This document shows, in pieces, positions 28,095 to 38,249 of a stretch of DNA of 64,000 bases (position 1 is its first letter; each line of letters begins with the position of its first letter). The stretch lies in IMG/VR virus record IMGVR_UViG_3300016659_000057, positions 19,446 to 83,445 of that record; one strand, given 5' to 3'. A model generated the notes under the pieces. It worked only from the letters and a program-made list of their open reading frames with translations, was not told where the DNA came from and did not search any database. The translations under genes and the position numbers were made by a program. The DNA comes from a virus (taxonomy: Duplodnaviria; Caudoviricetes).

Positions 28095-28472
28095 TCAGAT
28101 CCTTTTCAGCATCATCACGCCGGAGCGCTTGATCCACGGCTCCAGCAAGGCCAGGGCGAAGTTGACGCCCGCCGACTGATCGGTAGAGCCCGCCACGTAG
28201 GTCTTGCTCACGGACGTACCGGACTGAGCCGATACCGTCTTGCTCTGCACTTCCTTCTGCGTTGCTGTGTACAGCTTGCCAGCCGCTGCCTCTTCGGCAA
28301 CCTGGGCGCCGGCTGTTTTGATCTCGGCCGGGACCGGATCGGGAACAACCCGCTTAATCTTGGCCGTGAGCCAGGCATTGGCCATGGTCACAGCAAGGAC
28401 CGGATCACCGGTGCCGGCCCAGTCGGGACCGAGCTGGGCGTCAACATCGGCGACGGTGATGTAATCGGTCAT
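28095..28472 (-). CDS. Head-tail connector protein
   Basis: YITVADVD...ANAWL pattern, position. Confidence 0.7.
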   Translation of the reverse strand: MTDYITVADVDAQLGPDWAGTGDPVLAVTMANAWLTAKIKRVVPDPVPAEIKTAGAQVAEEAAAGKLYTATQKEVQSKTVSAQSGTSVSKTYVAGSTDQSAGVNFALALLEPWIKRSGVMMLKRI

Positions 28473-28482
28473 GTGCTTGTCC

Positions 28483-28788
28483 TTATTCCGCTGGCACCAG
28501 GGCCTGCAGGTCTTCTTTCTTAGCGGACGGGTCGAAGGCAATGCCCCTCTCGGTCAGCCATTCTTTCAGCTCGGAGACCTTCATTTTCAGAGGGTCGGTT
28601 TCTTTGCTCTCCGGCTCCTTGCCGTCAGACACCTTGATGCCGGCCGCTTGGTAGGCGTCGTAGATGTCCGGGGCATCGCCATCGACCACCACCTCGGTAG
28701 CGGAGCCGATGACACCGAAGAATTCGCTCAGCAGGCGGTAGCACACGCTGCGCTCTTTGCCCGGCTTGTCCGTGTAGATCACTTTCAT
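28483..28788 (-). CDS. Small protein with C-terminal HeH/LEM-like domain
   Basis: MKVSELKEWLTERGIAF...AKKEDL. Confidence 0.7.
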   Translation of the reverse strand: MKVIYTDKPGKERSVCYRLLSEFFGVIGSATEVVVDGDAPDIYDAYQAAGIKVSDGKEPESKETDPLKMKVSELKEWLTERGIAFDPSAKKEDLQALVPAE

Positions 28789-28844
28789 GAGTCACCTCAA
28801 AAGCTCCCCGGCGCCGATAAAGACGCCAGGTTGTGTGGGCCGGA

Positions 28845-29822
28845 TTACGGCGTGGTGGTACCGCTGATGACAGCAGCGAAGGGAACTTGCTTGCGGCTGA
28901 ACACGCGCTGCCAGTTTGCAGCAGCTGCGTACTGAGTCGCGGTTGGGCTGAGGTTCTGAGCCTCGGAGCCTTTCCAGCTGAAGCCTGCAGGCTGGAGGAT
29001 GTAGGTCTTCCGCTCCCACAGCACTTCGGCACCACCACCGTTACCGCCGCCAGGCTTGCGTTCCAGCTCTACCGGCACCTTCGGCGTGCCTTCGCCGTAA
29101 CCGAAAGCGCCCTGGCCGAAGAACACGGAAAGGTACTTGCCTGCGCCGTACACCAGGGCGTCGTCCATGAAGACTGGTTTGCCGAGGTAGGTTGCCAGGA
29201 TGATCTTGCCGTCGGAGTCACGCAGGTACTCGATGAGGTCCTGCTTGACCATCTGGTTCATCACCACCGAGTGCACGCCGATCGCGCCGAACTGGTCAGC
29301 GGCATCGCCGGCGGTGAACGCTGCATCCTGGAAAGCATTCGCACTGATGGTCGCACCGGCGTCGATGACCATGTCACCACCGTTGTTCGCGATGTTCGAG
29401 GCGATGATGCCGCGAGCCGCGCCCAGGGTGTAACGCTGCCACTGGCGGGTCCAGTAGGTGCCGAAACGGTTGCGGATCTGCTGCTGAGGCTCGCTGTTGG
29501 CCAGTTCAGCCGTCAGGTCAGCCACGCCGTAACCTTTGTTGAGGTACAGGACTCGGGCACGCATGCTGTCCTGGGTGACTTTGCCGACTTCACCTTGGTC
29601 GTTCGGGTCGTCGTTGCTGATATTCGGCGCTTCATCGGCGTTGAGATCCTGCCAGTAGCTGATCTCGGCAGTGCCCTGGCTGCCGGAGGCGATCGCATCC
29701 AGCACAGGCGAGCGGGTCACAATGCCCGACTCATATACAGCAGTCTTTTCCGGGCTGTTAACCGGTGCCAGAGAGGCGTAGTAGTCGCCGACGAAGATGT
29801 CGGTTAGTTGGGTAGTTGCCAT
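28845..29822 (-). CDS. Major capsid protein
   Basis: 325 aa after scaffold; YLGKPVFMDD motif. Confidence 0.85.
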   Translation of the reverse strand: MATTQLTDIFVGDYYASLAPVNSPEKTAVYESGIVTRSPVLDAIASGSQGTAEISYWQDLNADEAPNISNDDPNDQGEVGKVTQDSMRARVLYLNKGYGVADLTAELANSEPQQQIRNRFGTYWTRQWQRYTLGAARGIIASNIANNGGDMVIDAGATISANAFQDAAFTAGDAADQFGAIGVHSVVMNQMVKQDLIEYLRDSDGKIILATYLGKPVFMDDALVYGAGKYLSVFFGQGAFGYGEGTPKVPVELERKPGGGNGGGAEVLWERKTYILQPAGFSWKGSEAQNLSPTATQYAAAANWQRVFSRKQVPFAAVISGTTTP

Positions 29823-29825
29823 GGA

Positions 29826-30563
29826 TTAGGTTCCTTTGGTGGCCTGGATTTTCTTGAAGAGATCGGGATTGTCACGAGCGATCGCAGCGCGCTCGGTTTC
29901 CGTGTACTCGCCCCACTTTTTCGTGGCCTTGCCACCTTGATCGCCGACCTGTCCGGCGCCCTGAGCCCTTGGCCACAGGTGTGTTGCTGTTTCACGCAGA
30001 GACTCCGCCCATTCGAGCGGCGACAGCGGGGTTTTCCCGTCCTTCCCGTAAACGACCTCGCCGTCACGGTCGGTGGCAATCGCCTCACCGTCTTCACTGA
30101 GTTTGAAAGTGCCCCGGGCGCGCAGGATGATGTCCTCGGCGGCCTCTGGGAGCGCACCGGCCTTGATGGCAGCGGCGCGGATGGAGTCGGCTAGCACCTT
30201 GTCACTGTACTTGGCAGCGAATTGCTCGGCCTTGTCGGCACGGGCCTTCTCGGCTGCCAGCTTGGTGTCGTAGTCGGTGCGCAGGCGCTCGGTACGGCGG
30301 GTAATGACCTCGTCCAGCTTGCCCTCGGCAATCAGCTTGGTCTCTTCATCCTGGCCAACCTTGGTCAGCAGACCTTTCACTGCGGCGATGTCCAGGCCTT
30401 CGAACTGGGACTTGAAGCCGTCCAGCTCGGTTTTGGTGGTCCGGAGCGAGCCAAGCAACTCGGTGTTCTTGTTCTTGAGGCCCAGGGTCGCAGCCTCGAC
30501 AGCTGCAGCAATGGCGGTCTGAACTGCCGGGTCTTCAAGATCAATCTGGTTTTCGTCTGCCAC
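29826..30563 (-). CDS. Capsid scaffolding protein
   Basis: GTG start; coiled coil, GLKNKNTELL, ends with short helix. Confidence 0.8.
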   Translation of the reverse strand: MADENQIDLEDPAVQTAIAAAVEAATLGLKNKNTELLGSLRTTKTELDGFKSQFEGLDIAAVKGLLTKVGQDEETKLIAEGKLDEVITRRTERLRTDYDTKLAAEKARADKAEQFAAKYSDKVLADSIRAAAIKAGALPEAAEDIILRARGTFKLSEDGEAIATDRDGEVVYGKDGKTPLSPLEWAESLRETATHLWPRAQGAGQVGDQGGKATKKWGEYTETERAAIARDNPDLFKKIQATKGT

Positions 30564-30600
30564 TTGGTGCACCCCTTGGGTTTGGTCGGCCCGCTTTGCA

Positions 30601-30630
30601 GGCAATAAAAAACCGCCCATTGGGCGGCTT
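30601..30630 (-). terminator. Intrinsic terminator
   Basis: GCCGCCC-AAT-GGGCGG-TTTTTTATTGCC. Confidence 0.65.
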
Positions 30631-30647
30631 GGTGTGAATTCTGTGAT

Positions 30648-31133
30648 TTATCGAACTATCGAGAGCCCGCGCATCACCAGGTAATCGGCGAACTGCGTCC
30701 TGCTCGGCGCGTATGGCGGCGGACGCATGCGCAGTCCGGGCGTATCTCGGTTGAGCCGCGTGCGCCGGCCATTCGGCTCAGTGCAATGCGTCGGTTCTTC
30801 GATCTGGAAGCCCTGCTCGGCGGCGTACAGCTCGACCGCCAGCCGTACCTGCCCCCACTCAAGCTCAAAGGGCACGAACGTCTCGGATAGCGTCTGGTAT
30901 TCGATCTTGCAGTCACGCCGAGGCCAGGCCATTGCCTGTTCGGGATTGGCTTTGCGCCCTTTCCACTGGCGACCGTTGATGTCGGCTGCGGCGCGCAGCA
31001 GCAGTTCGACCTGGTCAGCCTCTGCTTCAGGTATCCAGACCCCGTAGTAGTCGCGGTAGAAGGTCAGCTTCTCCAGCGGCACGAAGCTATTCGAGTCTGG
31101 CCTGCCCTTCCCATCCTCAACGATGATCTGCAT
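30648..31133 (-). CDS. DnaT-like / head-connector-like protein
   Basis: IIVEDG.G...NSFV...Q...WPR motif. Confidence 0.65.
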   Translation of the reverse strand: MQIIVEDGKGRPDSNSFVPLEKLTFYRDYYGVWIPEAEADQVELLLRAAADINGRQWKGRKANPEQAMAWPRRDCKIEYQTLSETFVPFELEWGQVRLAVELYAAEQGFQIEEPTHCTEPNGRRTRLNRDTPGLRMRPPPYAPSRTQFADYLVMRGLSIVR

Positions 31134-31141
31134 GTGCTATC

Positions 31142-32254
31142 TCAACCTGGTTGAGCGCCGAGTGTAACGCCTGCTCGGGTGAACATGTCAGGCTCGGCTT
31201 CCTTCAGCTGCGCCAGGGTCAGCGGCTTGAACGACTTGTCGAGCTGCAGCTTGGCAAACTTCTCCGGCGTCAGCCCGCCATCACGGAACAACTTACCCCG
31301 GACCGGTCCAAGGGCATGATCCTGGAAGCTCGCCGGTTGCGTTGCCAGCCACTCGTAATAATTTAGGCCTGCGTCGACCTGGGCCCCGCCGTTATCGCCC
31401 ACCGAGGCGCGCGTGGCGTCCTTCGCGAACATCTCCGAAAGCCTGGTGGTCGGCACCGTAGTTGATCGGCAGTTGATGTGCGCCGGCGGCAGCGGACCTT
31501 TACCCAGGTCGAAGCGCATCCCATCCAGGCCCTTGCACTGCTGCGAGGTCTTGCGATCGAGCGTCGATACCCACCGGTAGCCCAGCACCACGTCGCTGTT
31601 GGCCTTCAGCGTCTCCATTCGTGCCGTGGTGGCTACGTGCTGGATTGCCGTCTGCACCACGGCGGCAGCATTGCGGTTGCTCACCGCCAAGACGCCGTCC
31701 GTGAAGTTCTGCGCCGCGGTGCCGCGAATCGCCTGGATGATCTGCGCATTGGTCTGGCCCTGGCCGAAGCCCAGCCGGATCGTGTTCGTGACGCGCATCG
31801 TCTCGGTCCGCGTCCAGCCGCTGACGAAGCTCTTCAGCAGCTTCCCGCCGTCGATGCCCTTTACCTGAAGCGGATAGGAGAACACCGCCGCACGGATCAC
31901 CGTATTGGTCGGCACCACCGCATCGATGGAGAGCGCATTGCTCAGGCTGTTGGCCTCAAAGGTCGACTCATACAGCGCGATATCGACCAGATCGGCCTGC
32001 ACCAAGTCCCCATAGGCCTTGTAGATGTCCAGAAGCTTGCCGTCCACCCGGGCCAGGAACTGCTCAAGGCGATCCCGGCTGTAGGTGGTCAGTTCCTTGC
32101 GGGCGAGTTGATCCCGCACCAGCGTGTCGATCTGGCGCAGGTACTTCTCGAACTTCTTGACCTCGCCGGCCTTAAGCCGCTCCAGCATTACCGAGTGGCG
32201 CGTCGTCTGCTCCAGCAGTTGGCTGTCCGCCTGCACCAGATTTGTCGATGGCAT
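31142..32254 (-). CDS. Head morphogenesis protein (SPP1 gp7 / Mu F-like)
   Basis: WVSTLDRKTSQQC...PPAHINCRS motif. Confidence 0.88.
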   Translation of the reverse strand: MPSTNLVQADSQLLEQTTRHSVMLERLKAGEVKKFEKYLRQIDTLVRDQLARKELTTYSRDRLEQFLARVDGKLLDIYKAYGDLVQADLVDIALYESTFEANSLSNALSIDAVVPTNTVIRAAVFSYPLQVKGIDGGKLLKSFVSGWTRTETMRVTNTIRLGFGQGQTNAQIIQAIRGTAAQNFTDGVLAVSNRNAAAVVQTAIQHVATTARMETLKANSDVVLGYRWVSTLDRKTSQQCKGLDGMRFDLGKGPLPPAHINCRSTTVPTTRLSEMFAKDATRASVGDNGGAQVDAGLNYYEWLATQPASFQDHALGPVRGKLFRDGGLTPEKFAKLQLDKSFKPLTLAQLKEAEPDMFTRAGVTLGAQPG

Positions 32255-33632
32255 CGTCTTTGTCCAAGTTGATGCCGGCCGACTCGCGCTCATCGCTGAT
32301 CAGTTCGGCTTCGTCTTCGTATGGGCGCTCCGGCAGCTTGCCGGTAGTGAGGTACTGCCAGTAGGTGTCGGCGCTGATCGTGCCAGCCATCACGCCCTTG
32401 AGAAGCTCGGCGAGAACCTGGGCGTCAACTACAGGGGTCACAAACTCAGGATTCACCTTGAACTTGACCTGCTTGGGGTCGTAGCCCTTCCACTCGGCTG
32501 CGTACCGCAAGCCCTGCTCGACCGCCTCGGCCACCGTGATAACGATGCTGTGCAGCGTGGCGTGCTGGTCGTTCTGGCGTGTTTTGCGCGCCTCGCCCGA
32601 CTCGGTGCCGCCCACGTCCATGACTTTGGCGCCGGCCTCAAGCGCGGCGTTCTTCTGGTCATCCATGGCTTTGCGGTTGGCTTCAATGCCGGTGCCCTTG
32701 AACTCCAAGTATTCAGCCTTGCCGTTCGGACCAAGGTCCCAGGCCGCCGAAGGGCCGGTCACACTCAGCTCTACAGCCTCATCCAGACCGGAAACCCACG
32801 GTTGCGGGTGACTGGTCTGGTGCAGAGAGCTGAAGTAGTCAGCGCTGATCTGGTAGGACTTCAATGCGGCGCGCGCCATGGTTAGCAGTGGCACCTCGTC
32901 GACGTCCGGCGAGTTGTCTGTAGAGCCGCAATAGATCACAGGCAGATAAGCCAGGCCCTTGACCAGGCGGTTGTCGGTGCCGGTGGTGCCCAGGGGCCGT
33001 TCGTCGTCGATTAGCTCACCGGCCTCGTTGCGCACCGCTGTGTAGCAGACCTCGCCCTGCATGAAGAACTCACGGAACACCGCATCGCAGTCATGGCTGT
33101 AGCGATCTCCGCTCTTCTTGCGGAACTCTCGGAACACAGAAAGCACCAGATCCTGCCGGCCGCCTTGATCAGCGGTGTCCCAGTTGATCGCGTTGCGCGT
33201 GGCGTACGTCGAGAAGTACGGCTCGCCGCTGTCGTCGATGTTCACCACCAGCGGCACCCGGCCGTGGGAAATGGCCTGGCGCACCATGCGAAAAAACAAC
33301 TGCTTCAGGCCGAAGCCGTCAGCAGTAGCGTTGTCCTCCAACCCCTTAAGCCCAGCAGGAAGCTCGATCTCCGGAATCAATCGGGAAACCAGGCCCATCA
33401 TCGACCGCAGCGAGTCGCGCACCCAGTGCTCGTACTGGGCACGGTTCGTGTAGTTCTCGTAGAGGTACTTGTTGCCCGCACCGTCGAGCTTTTCAGCCTC
33501 AACCATGCCGCTCGGCTTGGGCAAATTGCGCTCGTTGCGCTTCACGGCGCACTCACCCTCGAGCGCGTCGTCCATCATCTCCCACTCGGCGATGTGCGCG
33601 TCGTAGTCGGGGTTTGTCGATTGCACTGGCAT
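32172..33632 (-). CDS. Portal protein (DUF4055-like)
   Basis: Position after TerL; ESGEARK motif. Confidence 0.85.
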   Translation of the reverse strand: MPVQSTNPDYDAHIAEWEMMDDALEGECAVKRNERNLPKPSGMVEAEKLDGAGNKYLYENYTNRAQYEHWVRDSLRSMMGLVSRLIPEIELPAGLKGLEDNATADGFGLKQLFFRMVRQAISHGRVPLVVNIDDSGEPYFSTYATRNAINWDTADQGGRQDLVLSVFREFRKKSGDRYSHDCDAVFREFFMQGEVCYTAVRNEAGELIDDERPLGTTGTDNRLVKGLAYLPVIYCGSTDNSPDVDEVPLLTMARAALKSYQISADYFSSLHQTSHPQPWVSGLDEAVELSVTGPSAAWDLGPNGKAEYLEFKGTGIEANRKAMDDQKNAALEAGAKVMDVGGTESGEARKTRQNDQHATLHSIVITVAEAVEQGLRYAAEWKGYDPKQVKFKVNPEFVTPVVDAQVLAELLKGVMAGTISADTYWQYLTTGKLPERPYEDEAELISDERESAGINLDKDDAIDKSGAGGQPTAGADDAPLGNAGAA

Positions 33633-35122
33633 CAGGCCAAGCCTCCAATTCGGCGTGTTCCGCCTGTGCGTTTGCGTCGGCCCATCGAGACGGCGAAGTA
33701 GCGGAAGGCGTCCGCGCCGTGCGATGACCAATCGTGAAGTGGTTTGTCCTTCCAGCAGCCGCGCTTGTCGTCCCACTCCTTGCGGTAGTTCTCCAGGCAG
33801 GAAATGCCCAGTTCGCACTTGGACTCATCGAAGGCACAGGCCGGAAGGATCTCCCGAACCTGCTCAATGCCTTCGTCGATGCCGAGCTTTGGAACAACGC
33901 TAAACTTGAGGCTGTATTTTTGTCCGTCGATCTCGTAGCCCTCCCGGGCTAGTTCTCGCCGAGTCTTGCCGTCGCTACCGAATTCGCGGTTGTCGATGTC
34001 GTGCGGGCCCCAGTGATCGCCGTACGTGTACTTGCGGTCTTTGAGCACCTTCATGTAGTGCCGCAGGCCTTCACCGCTGTTCTCGTAGAAGTCGATGATG
34101 TGGTACTCCTCGCCGACGATCCGGACGAACCAGATGGCCGTGGAGTCGCCGACGCCGATATCCCATATCGTGTGCACCGGCAGATGACTGTTGTCCGGTA
34201 GCGGGCCGATCCTCTGTGCGCCATACAGCTTGGTGAACTGCTTGGCGTAGTAGGCACCCTCGATCGACTGCTGGAAGGCTTCCGCCGGCAATGACGGGTA
34301 TTCCCGCTTCATGTCGTCGCCGAGCGTCTTCTCCTTGGCCGCGTACCACGCCCGCTGGCCGTCGTTGGTGACGATCCCGTGTTTGGCGTGCAGCTCGTTG
34401 AAGTAGTCGGTCAGGCGCTGCGGCAGCACCACGTCGGTAGAGTCAAGGCTGTAGGCCTTGTTGTTCCACCAACTGAAGAAAAAGAACTTCCAATCCAGCA
34501 GGCCTAGCGGAACACCAGCCAATTGCTGGCGCTCCGCTGACTGGCTGTAATCGAAGAAATACCCGGCGCGGCCTTCTGCCGTCGACTCGATGGTGACGAA
34601 ACACTCAGCAGCGACAGCCTCAAAGGCACCAGTGACAATCTCCCGCGCCTTGTGCGGAAACTTGGCGCAGATCTTCCCGAACTCGGATACGTGCAGGTAG
34701 CGCAGCGTCCCGCCCCGGAACGAGGTGGAAACGTAAAGCGAGCCGCCCTTATTGAACACCAGTTCGCCGGCAGCGTCGTTTCTCGCCGGGTTGGCAGCGC
34801 GCAGTTCCTTCGGCAAGTTGTCGTAGGCGTACTTGACCTTTTCACGAAACAGGCGCTTTGCGTCGTTCAGTGTGTGAGCGATCAAGGCGCACTTGGCAGC
34901 CTCGAACAACGCTGCATCCAACTGGACGATGCACACCAGCGTCGTAAAGCCCAGCTGGCGTGCTTTCAAGATGATGTTCCGGGTATGCATCCCCTGGAAG
35001 TAATCGACCTGCTCCTGCGTCATGCGGAAGCGGACCTTCTTGCCCTGCTTGTCGGTGATGAAATAGAGATTATTCAGTCGCCAGAATCTGTCCCGAAGCA
35101 GCTTCATGTGCTCGGGTTTCAT
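33632..35122 (-). CDS. terL: Terminase large subunit
   Basis: ILKARQLGFTT Walker A-like, LHVSEFG, ESTAEG, HGADAFRY. Confidence 0.93.
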   Translation of the reverse strand: MKPEHMKLLRDRFWRLNNLYFITDKQGKKVRFRMTQEQVDYFQGMHTRNIILKARQLGFTTLVCIVQLDAALFEAAKCALIAHTLNDAKRLFREKVKYAYDNLPKELRAANPARNDAAGELVFNKGGSLYVSTSFRGGTLRYLHVSEFGKICAKFPHKAREIVTGAFEAVAAECFVTIESTAEGRAGYFFDYSQSAERQQLAGVPLGLLDWKFFFFSWWNNKAYSLDSTDVVLPQRLTDYFNELHAKHGIVTNDGQRAWYAAKEKTLGDDMKREYPSLPAEAFQQSIEGAYYAKQFTKLYGAQRIGPLPDNSHLPVHTIWDIGVGDSTAIWFVRIVGEEYHIIDFYENSGEGLRHYMKVLKDRKYTYGDHWGPHDIDNREFGSDGKTRRELAREGYEIDGQKYSLKFSVVPKLGIDEGIEQVREILPACAFDESKCELGISCLENYRKEWDDKRGCWKDKPLHDWSSHGADAFRYFAVSMGRRKRTGGTRRIGGLA

Positions 35123-35123
35123 A

Positions 35124-35723
35124 TCAGGCGTCCTGTGATAATTCGTCCATCATCTTCGAGATCTCGTCGGCGTCGTCCGTCTTCACCTTCTCGTCCAGGC
35201 TGAATGCCTGACGCTCCAGAACCTGCAGGTTCTTCATTGCAGAGGAAAGCTGGAACAGGGTTTTGGAATTGCTGGGTAGCGCGACAGCAGCGAGCATCGA
35301 GGCCCGACGCATGCCGTTATTGTCCTCGTCAGTCTCGTCGATGATCGCGTCTTCGATCTCTTCGCGGCGCTGGATTGTATTGAGCAAGTCATCCATCAGC
35401 AGGTTCGCAAGGTTCGTCGCCTTGCGGATGTCGCGGCGATGGCTGCGAACCACCCGAGCGCCTTCTTCTGCGGCCTCTTCGATGATCTCGGCGTCAAGTT
35501 CGCAGTTCGCGCCTTGGTCGTTGCGAACCTCTCCGCGAACCAGCTTGCTGCGAACCTCTTTGCGCACCTGATCAGAAAGGTCTCTCGCCCATCCTTGAAC
35601 CTTGGCTTTCTTCCGTATCGCCGTGTCGCTCACGCCTTGGCGCTCAGCGATCGTTCTGATGGAAAGCGAACCAGCCCGGTAGGCGCGTTCGATTGCCTCC
35701 CAGTCGGGTTGCTTGGTTGTCAT
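35124..35723 (-). CDS. terS: Terminase small subunit
   Basis: PDWEAIERAYRAG.LS.R.IA HTH upstream of terL. Confidence 0.88.
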   Translation of the reverse strand: MTTKQPDWEAIERAYRAGSLSIRTIAERQGVSDTAIRKKAKVQGWARDLSDQVRKEVRSKLVRGEVRNDQGANCELDAEIIEEAAEEGARVVRSHRRDIRKATNLANLLMDDLLNTIQRREEIEDAIIDETDEDNNGMRRASMLAAVALPSNSKTLFQLSSAMKNLQVLERQAFSLDEKVKTDDADEISKMMDELSQDA

Positions 35724-35810
35724 AAATTGTCTCAGATAAGCCTAAAGGCGGGATTGATATAGTGGCGCTATGCCGGTATTGGTAAAGATCACTCACCGAG
35801 GAAATTAAAC

Positions 35811-36014
35811 ATGGCAGAGATTGGCAAAAACATCGTGGCCGCTGGAAACAACGGAACCAATGAAGATCATCATCGACGTTACGCTGTAGCGGCCGCACTT
35901 GAAGTGATCGCTGGATATGCAGCAAGCGGACATCCGTCAATCAATCTCGACTATGAATTTGGTCAGCTCTCCAGTTACGCCGATCAAATTCAAGAAGCGT
36001 TGAAAGCCAAGTGA
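35811..36014 (+). CDS. 67-aa moron, antisense to late operon
   Basis: GAGG RBS, AT-rich leader. Confidence 0.65.
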   Translation: MAEIGKNIVAAGNNGTNEDHHRRYAVAAALEVIAGYAASGHPSINLDYEFGQLSSYADQIQEALKAK

Positions 36015-36045
36015 TTCACCCGTGCCGCACTCGCCTGCGGCACAC

Positions 36046-36300
36046 CTACCCTTCCGCGTTATCCAGCAGCACATCAATTAGCTTCTGCTCACCCAGGCGC
36101 ATTGCACCCAAGCATTGCAGGTCGTCGCACTTGGGGCCGAGGCCGAACACAGTCACCTCTCCCTTCGCGCCGATCAGCGTCAAGGCGCCTACAGTGCATT
36201 CTGGATGCTCGCCGGCATCAAGGTCATCGGCAATCTTGCGCAGGGTCTTGGCGGCATCGCGCCAGTCTTCCCGCTTGAACTCCAATACCTTGACGGTCAT
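36046..36300 (-). CDS. Hypothetical protein
   Basis: ATGA-coupled ORF. Confidence 0.65.
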   Translation of the reverse strand: MTVKVLEFKREDWRDAAKTLRKIADDLDAGEHPECTVGALTLIGAKGEVTVFGLGPKCDDLQCLGAMRLGEQKLIDVLLDNAEG

Positions 36301-36485
36301 TCGGTCACCTTCTGCAGCCACTCTTCAATGATCCGGCGAACCACTGGCTCGGTCAGGATGGCTGAAGGCTTCTTGCCCTCAATCACCGACTGGATCAGTT
36401 CCCGCGGAAGGACGTGGACGCCATCACTGGCCACCACCATCAGATGCGGGCGGTGGTCGGCGATATCGAGGATGTCGGCAGTCAT
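36297..36485 (-). CDS. Hypothetical protein
   Basis: ATGA-coupled ORF. Confidence 0.6.
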   Translation of the reverse strand: MTADILDIADHRPHLMVVASDGVHVLPRELIQSVIEGKKPSAILTEPVVRRIIEEWLQKVTE

Positions 36486-36673
36486 GGGCACACCATCTGG
36501 TGGGTTTGTGCGTGGGCATGGCCGTGGAGCAGGCTCACGATCAAGCCCTGGGGCAGCCCGGCTTCCTTGGCGGCGTCCAATGCATCAGCAATGGCCTTGT
36601 CGAGAGCGACTACCGCAGCGTTGATGTCTTGCCCCAACGGAAGCGCGTGGCGCAGGCGGGTGACGTTGCTCAC
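36482..36673 (-). CDS. Hypothetical protein
   Basis: GTGA-coupled ORF, GGAGGG RBS. Confidence 0.6.
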   Translation of the reverse strand: MSNVTRLRHALPLGQDINAAVVALDKAIADALDAAKEAGLPQGLIVSLLHGHAHAQTHQMVCP

Positions 36674-36885
36674 GTGTTGTGCCCCTCCAGAGGCTGAGCA
36701 AAGGTGAACTTCACGCCGTCATCCGGGCAATACGTGGAATAGGTGGCGTTCTGAAGGATCGCACCATCGCCCAGCACCTCTGTGGCGGCAGCACCATACT
36801 TGGCGATGAGCGCAGCCTTCAGATCATCCGCCGACAAGGTCAGCGTGATGTCGTTGAAGTGAATCAGCGTCTTCTGGATACCCAT
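36670..36885 (-). CDS. Hypothetical protein
   Basis: GAGGT RBS. Confidence 0.6.
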   Translation of the reverse strand: MGIQKTLIHFNDITLTLSADDLKAALIAKYGAAATEVLGDGAILQNATYSTYCPDDGVKFTFAQPLEGHNT

Positions 36886-36900
36886 GTCTACCTCAATTCT

Positions 36901-36936
36901 CGCGCCACGATTTGGCGCATTCGAAAACGTGGCGCG
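36901..36936. repeat. 13-10-13 inverted repeat element (copy 1)
   Basis: CGCGCCACGATTT-N10-AAAACGTGGCGCG; homologue at 43006..43041. Confidence 0.75.
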
Positions 36937-36938
36937 GA

Positions 36939-37280
36939 TTAAGGCGACTGACGCTCTACCGCTTCGTTGACCTTCTCGGCCGCCTTACTGGCTGTATCAG
37001 CGGCCTGGACTGCCGAGTGCGATGCCTCTTGCACCTTCACTGCGGCGTCCTGGGTCTTCTCGGCCAGGTTGGTCAGGCGCAGGTCACGCTTGCCCAGGGC
37101 GGCGTCATAGGCAGCGCGCACCTCTGCAAGCTGTTTGGTCTGCTCGCTACTGGCAGACCAGACGCCGGCCTGGTAACCCAAGACAATGCCACCGGCCAGC
37201 AGGAATGCCGCAATCACCCAAATCTCTGCCCGGCGCCACCAGCGTCGAGCGATGAATTCCATCGCGCATCTGTCCATCAC
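36939..37280 (-). CDS. Single-TM coiled-coil protein (lysis-associated?)
   Basis: One TM, coupled to upstream gene. Confidence 0.7.
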   Translation of the reverse strand: MMDRCAMEFIARRWWRRAEIWVIAAFLLAGGIVLGYQAGVWSASSEQTKQLAEVRAAYDAALGKRDLRLTNLAEKTQDAAVKVQEASHSAVQAADTASKAAEKVNEAVERQSP

Positions 37281-37648
37281 TTGTCATCTCCCAGCTTCGT
37301 GCGCAGGCGGGCGATCTCGGCGCTTTGAGTGGTAACCGTTGCCGTGAGCTGCGCCACCTGAATGGTCAGCCCTTCGATCTTGCCTTCCATCCGCCCTACT
37401 GCCGCGGCGAGTTCGTTCCGCTCCTTGGCGAACTGGTCGGCACGGGCCTCGGCCTCTTTACGGGCCACCCTTTCAGAGTCCAGCAGCTCATTCAGCCGGC
37501 GAAGGGTGAAGATGTCCGCATTGTCCATGGCCCGGTCAGCGGCATCCTTCGAAAGGAATTTACGCAGCCACAGGAAGCCACCCACAAGGGTGAGGCCCGT
37601 ACCGCCCAGCCAGGTAGCTGTGCCTGGGCCGAGGTCAGTAGGATCCAT
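37277..37648 (-). CDS. Putative holin-like membrane protein
   Basis: N-terminal TM plus coiled coil; early gene of the late operon. Confidence 0.55.
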   Translation of the reverse strand: MDPTDLGPGTATWLGGTGLTLVGGFLWLRKFLSKDAADRAMDNADIFTLRRLNELLDSERVARKEAEARADQFAKERNELAAAVGRMEGKIEGLTIQVAQLTATVTTQSAEIARLRTKLGDDK

Positions 37649-37930
37649 CGAAACTCCATCAGGAAAGATTGGCCGAAGTCAGCCCTGTGTAATAAGTCGG
37701 CTCACACAGCACTCCCAGCTCGGAGCAATGGGTGTGGTGGAGCCGAAAACTAGAAGGCCCCGATCAATGTCGAGGCCCTGAATAGGTCCCTCATCAGCGT
37801 GACAAGTCAGAGGCTCTGAGGGCTTGGGGAAATACATCCGGGAAAGCATCCACTTGGTAGCGGCTTTCCTCGGAGGTACAAAAAAGCCCGGCGCATATGT
37901 CCGGGCTTTTTCCATTGCTTCCAGGCGTAT

Positions 37931-38221
37931 TCAGCAGGGGGTCAGGCCAACGCCATCGGGCGAAGGCTTGGCCGAGGCCATCACGAAGTGGTTGCTGGAC
38001 GCGCGCAGGTTGGAAGCCAAACTTTCATCAGTGGTCTGGCTACCCGTTCGCCACATGGCCAGGGTCAATTCCAGGCGCTTCACGCCGACGCCGGGCAGTT
38101 CGGCCAGCATCACCACGGAGCGATAAGCGTAGGCGACAGGCTCGGCGAATGCCGACAGGGAGAAACAGGACAGGCAGGCGGCAAGCGCCAAGCCCAGGTA
38201 AGCGGACATTCGCTTCATCAT
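37931..38221 (-). CDS. Hypothetical protein with signal peptide
   Basis: MMKRMSAYLGLALAACLSCFSLSAFA-E. Confidence 0.6.
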   Translation of the reverse strand: MMKRMSAYLGLALAACLSCFSLSAFAEPVAYAYRSVVMLAELPGVGVKRLELTLAMWRTGSQTTDESLASNLRASSNHFVMASAKPSPDGVGLTPC

Positions 38222-38249
38222 TCGGCATTCCTTTCGGTGGGTTTCTTTG

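Noticed and set aside
37696-37745. Long hairpin upstream of the holin-like gene as a tRNA or ncRNA
   Set aside because: No T-loop or cloverleaf, and a single copy gives no covariation support; may be a late-leader structure.
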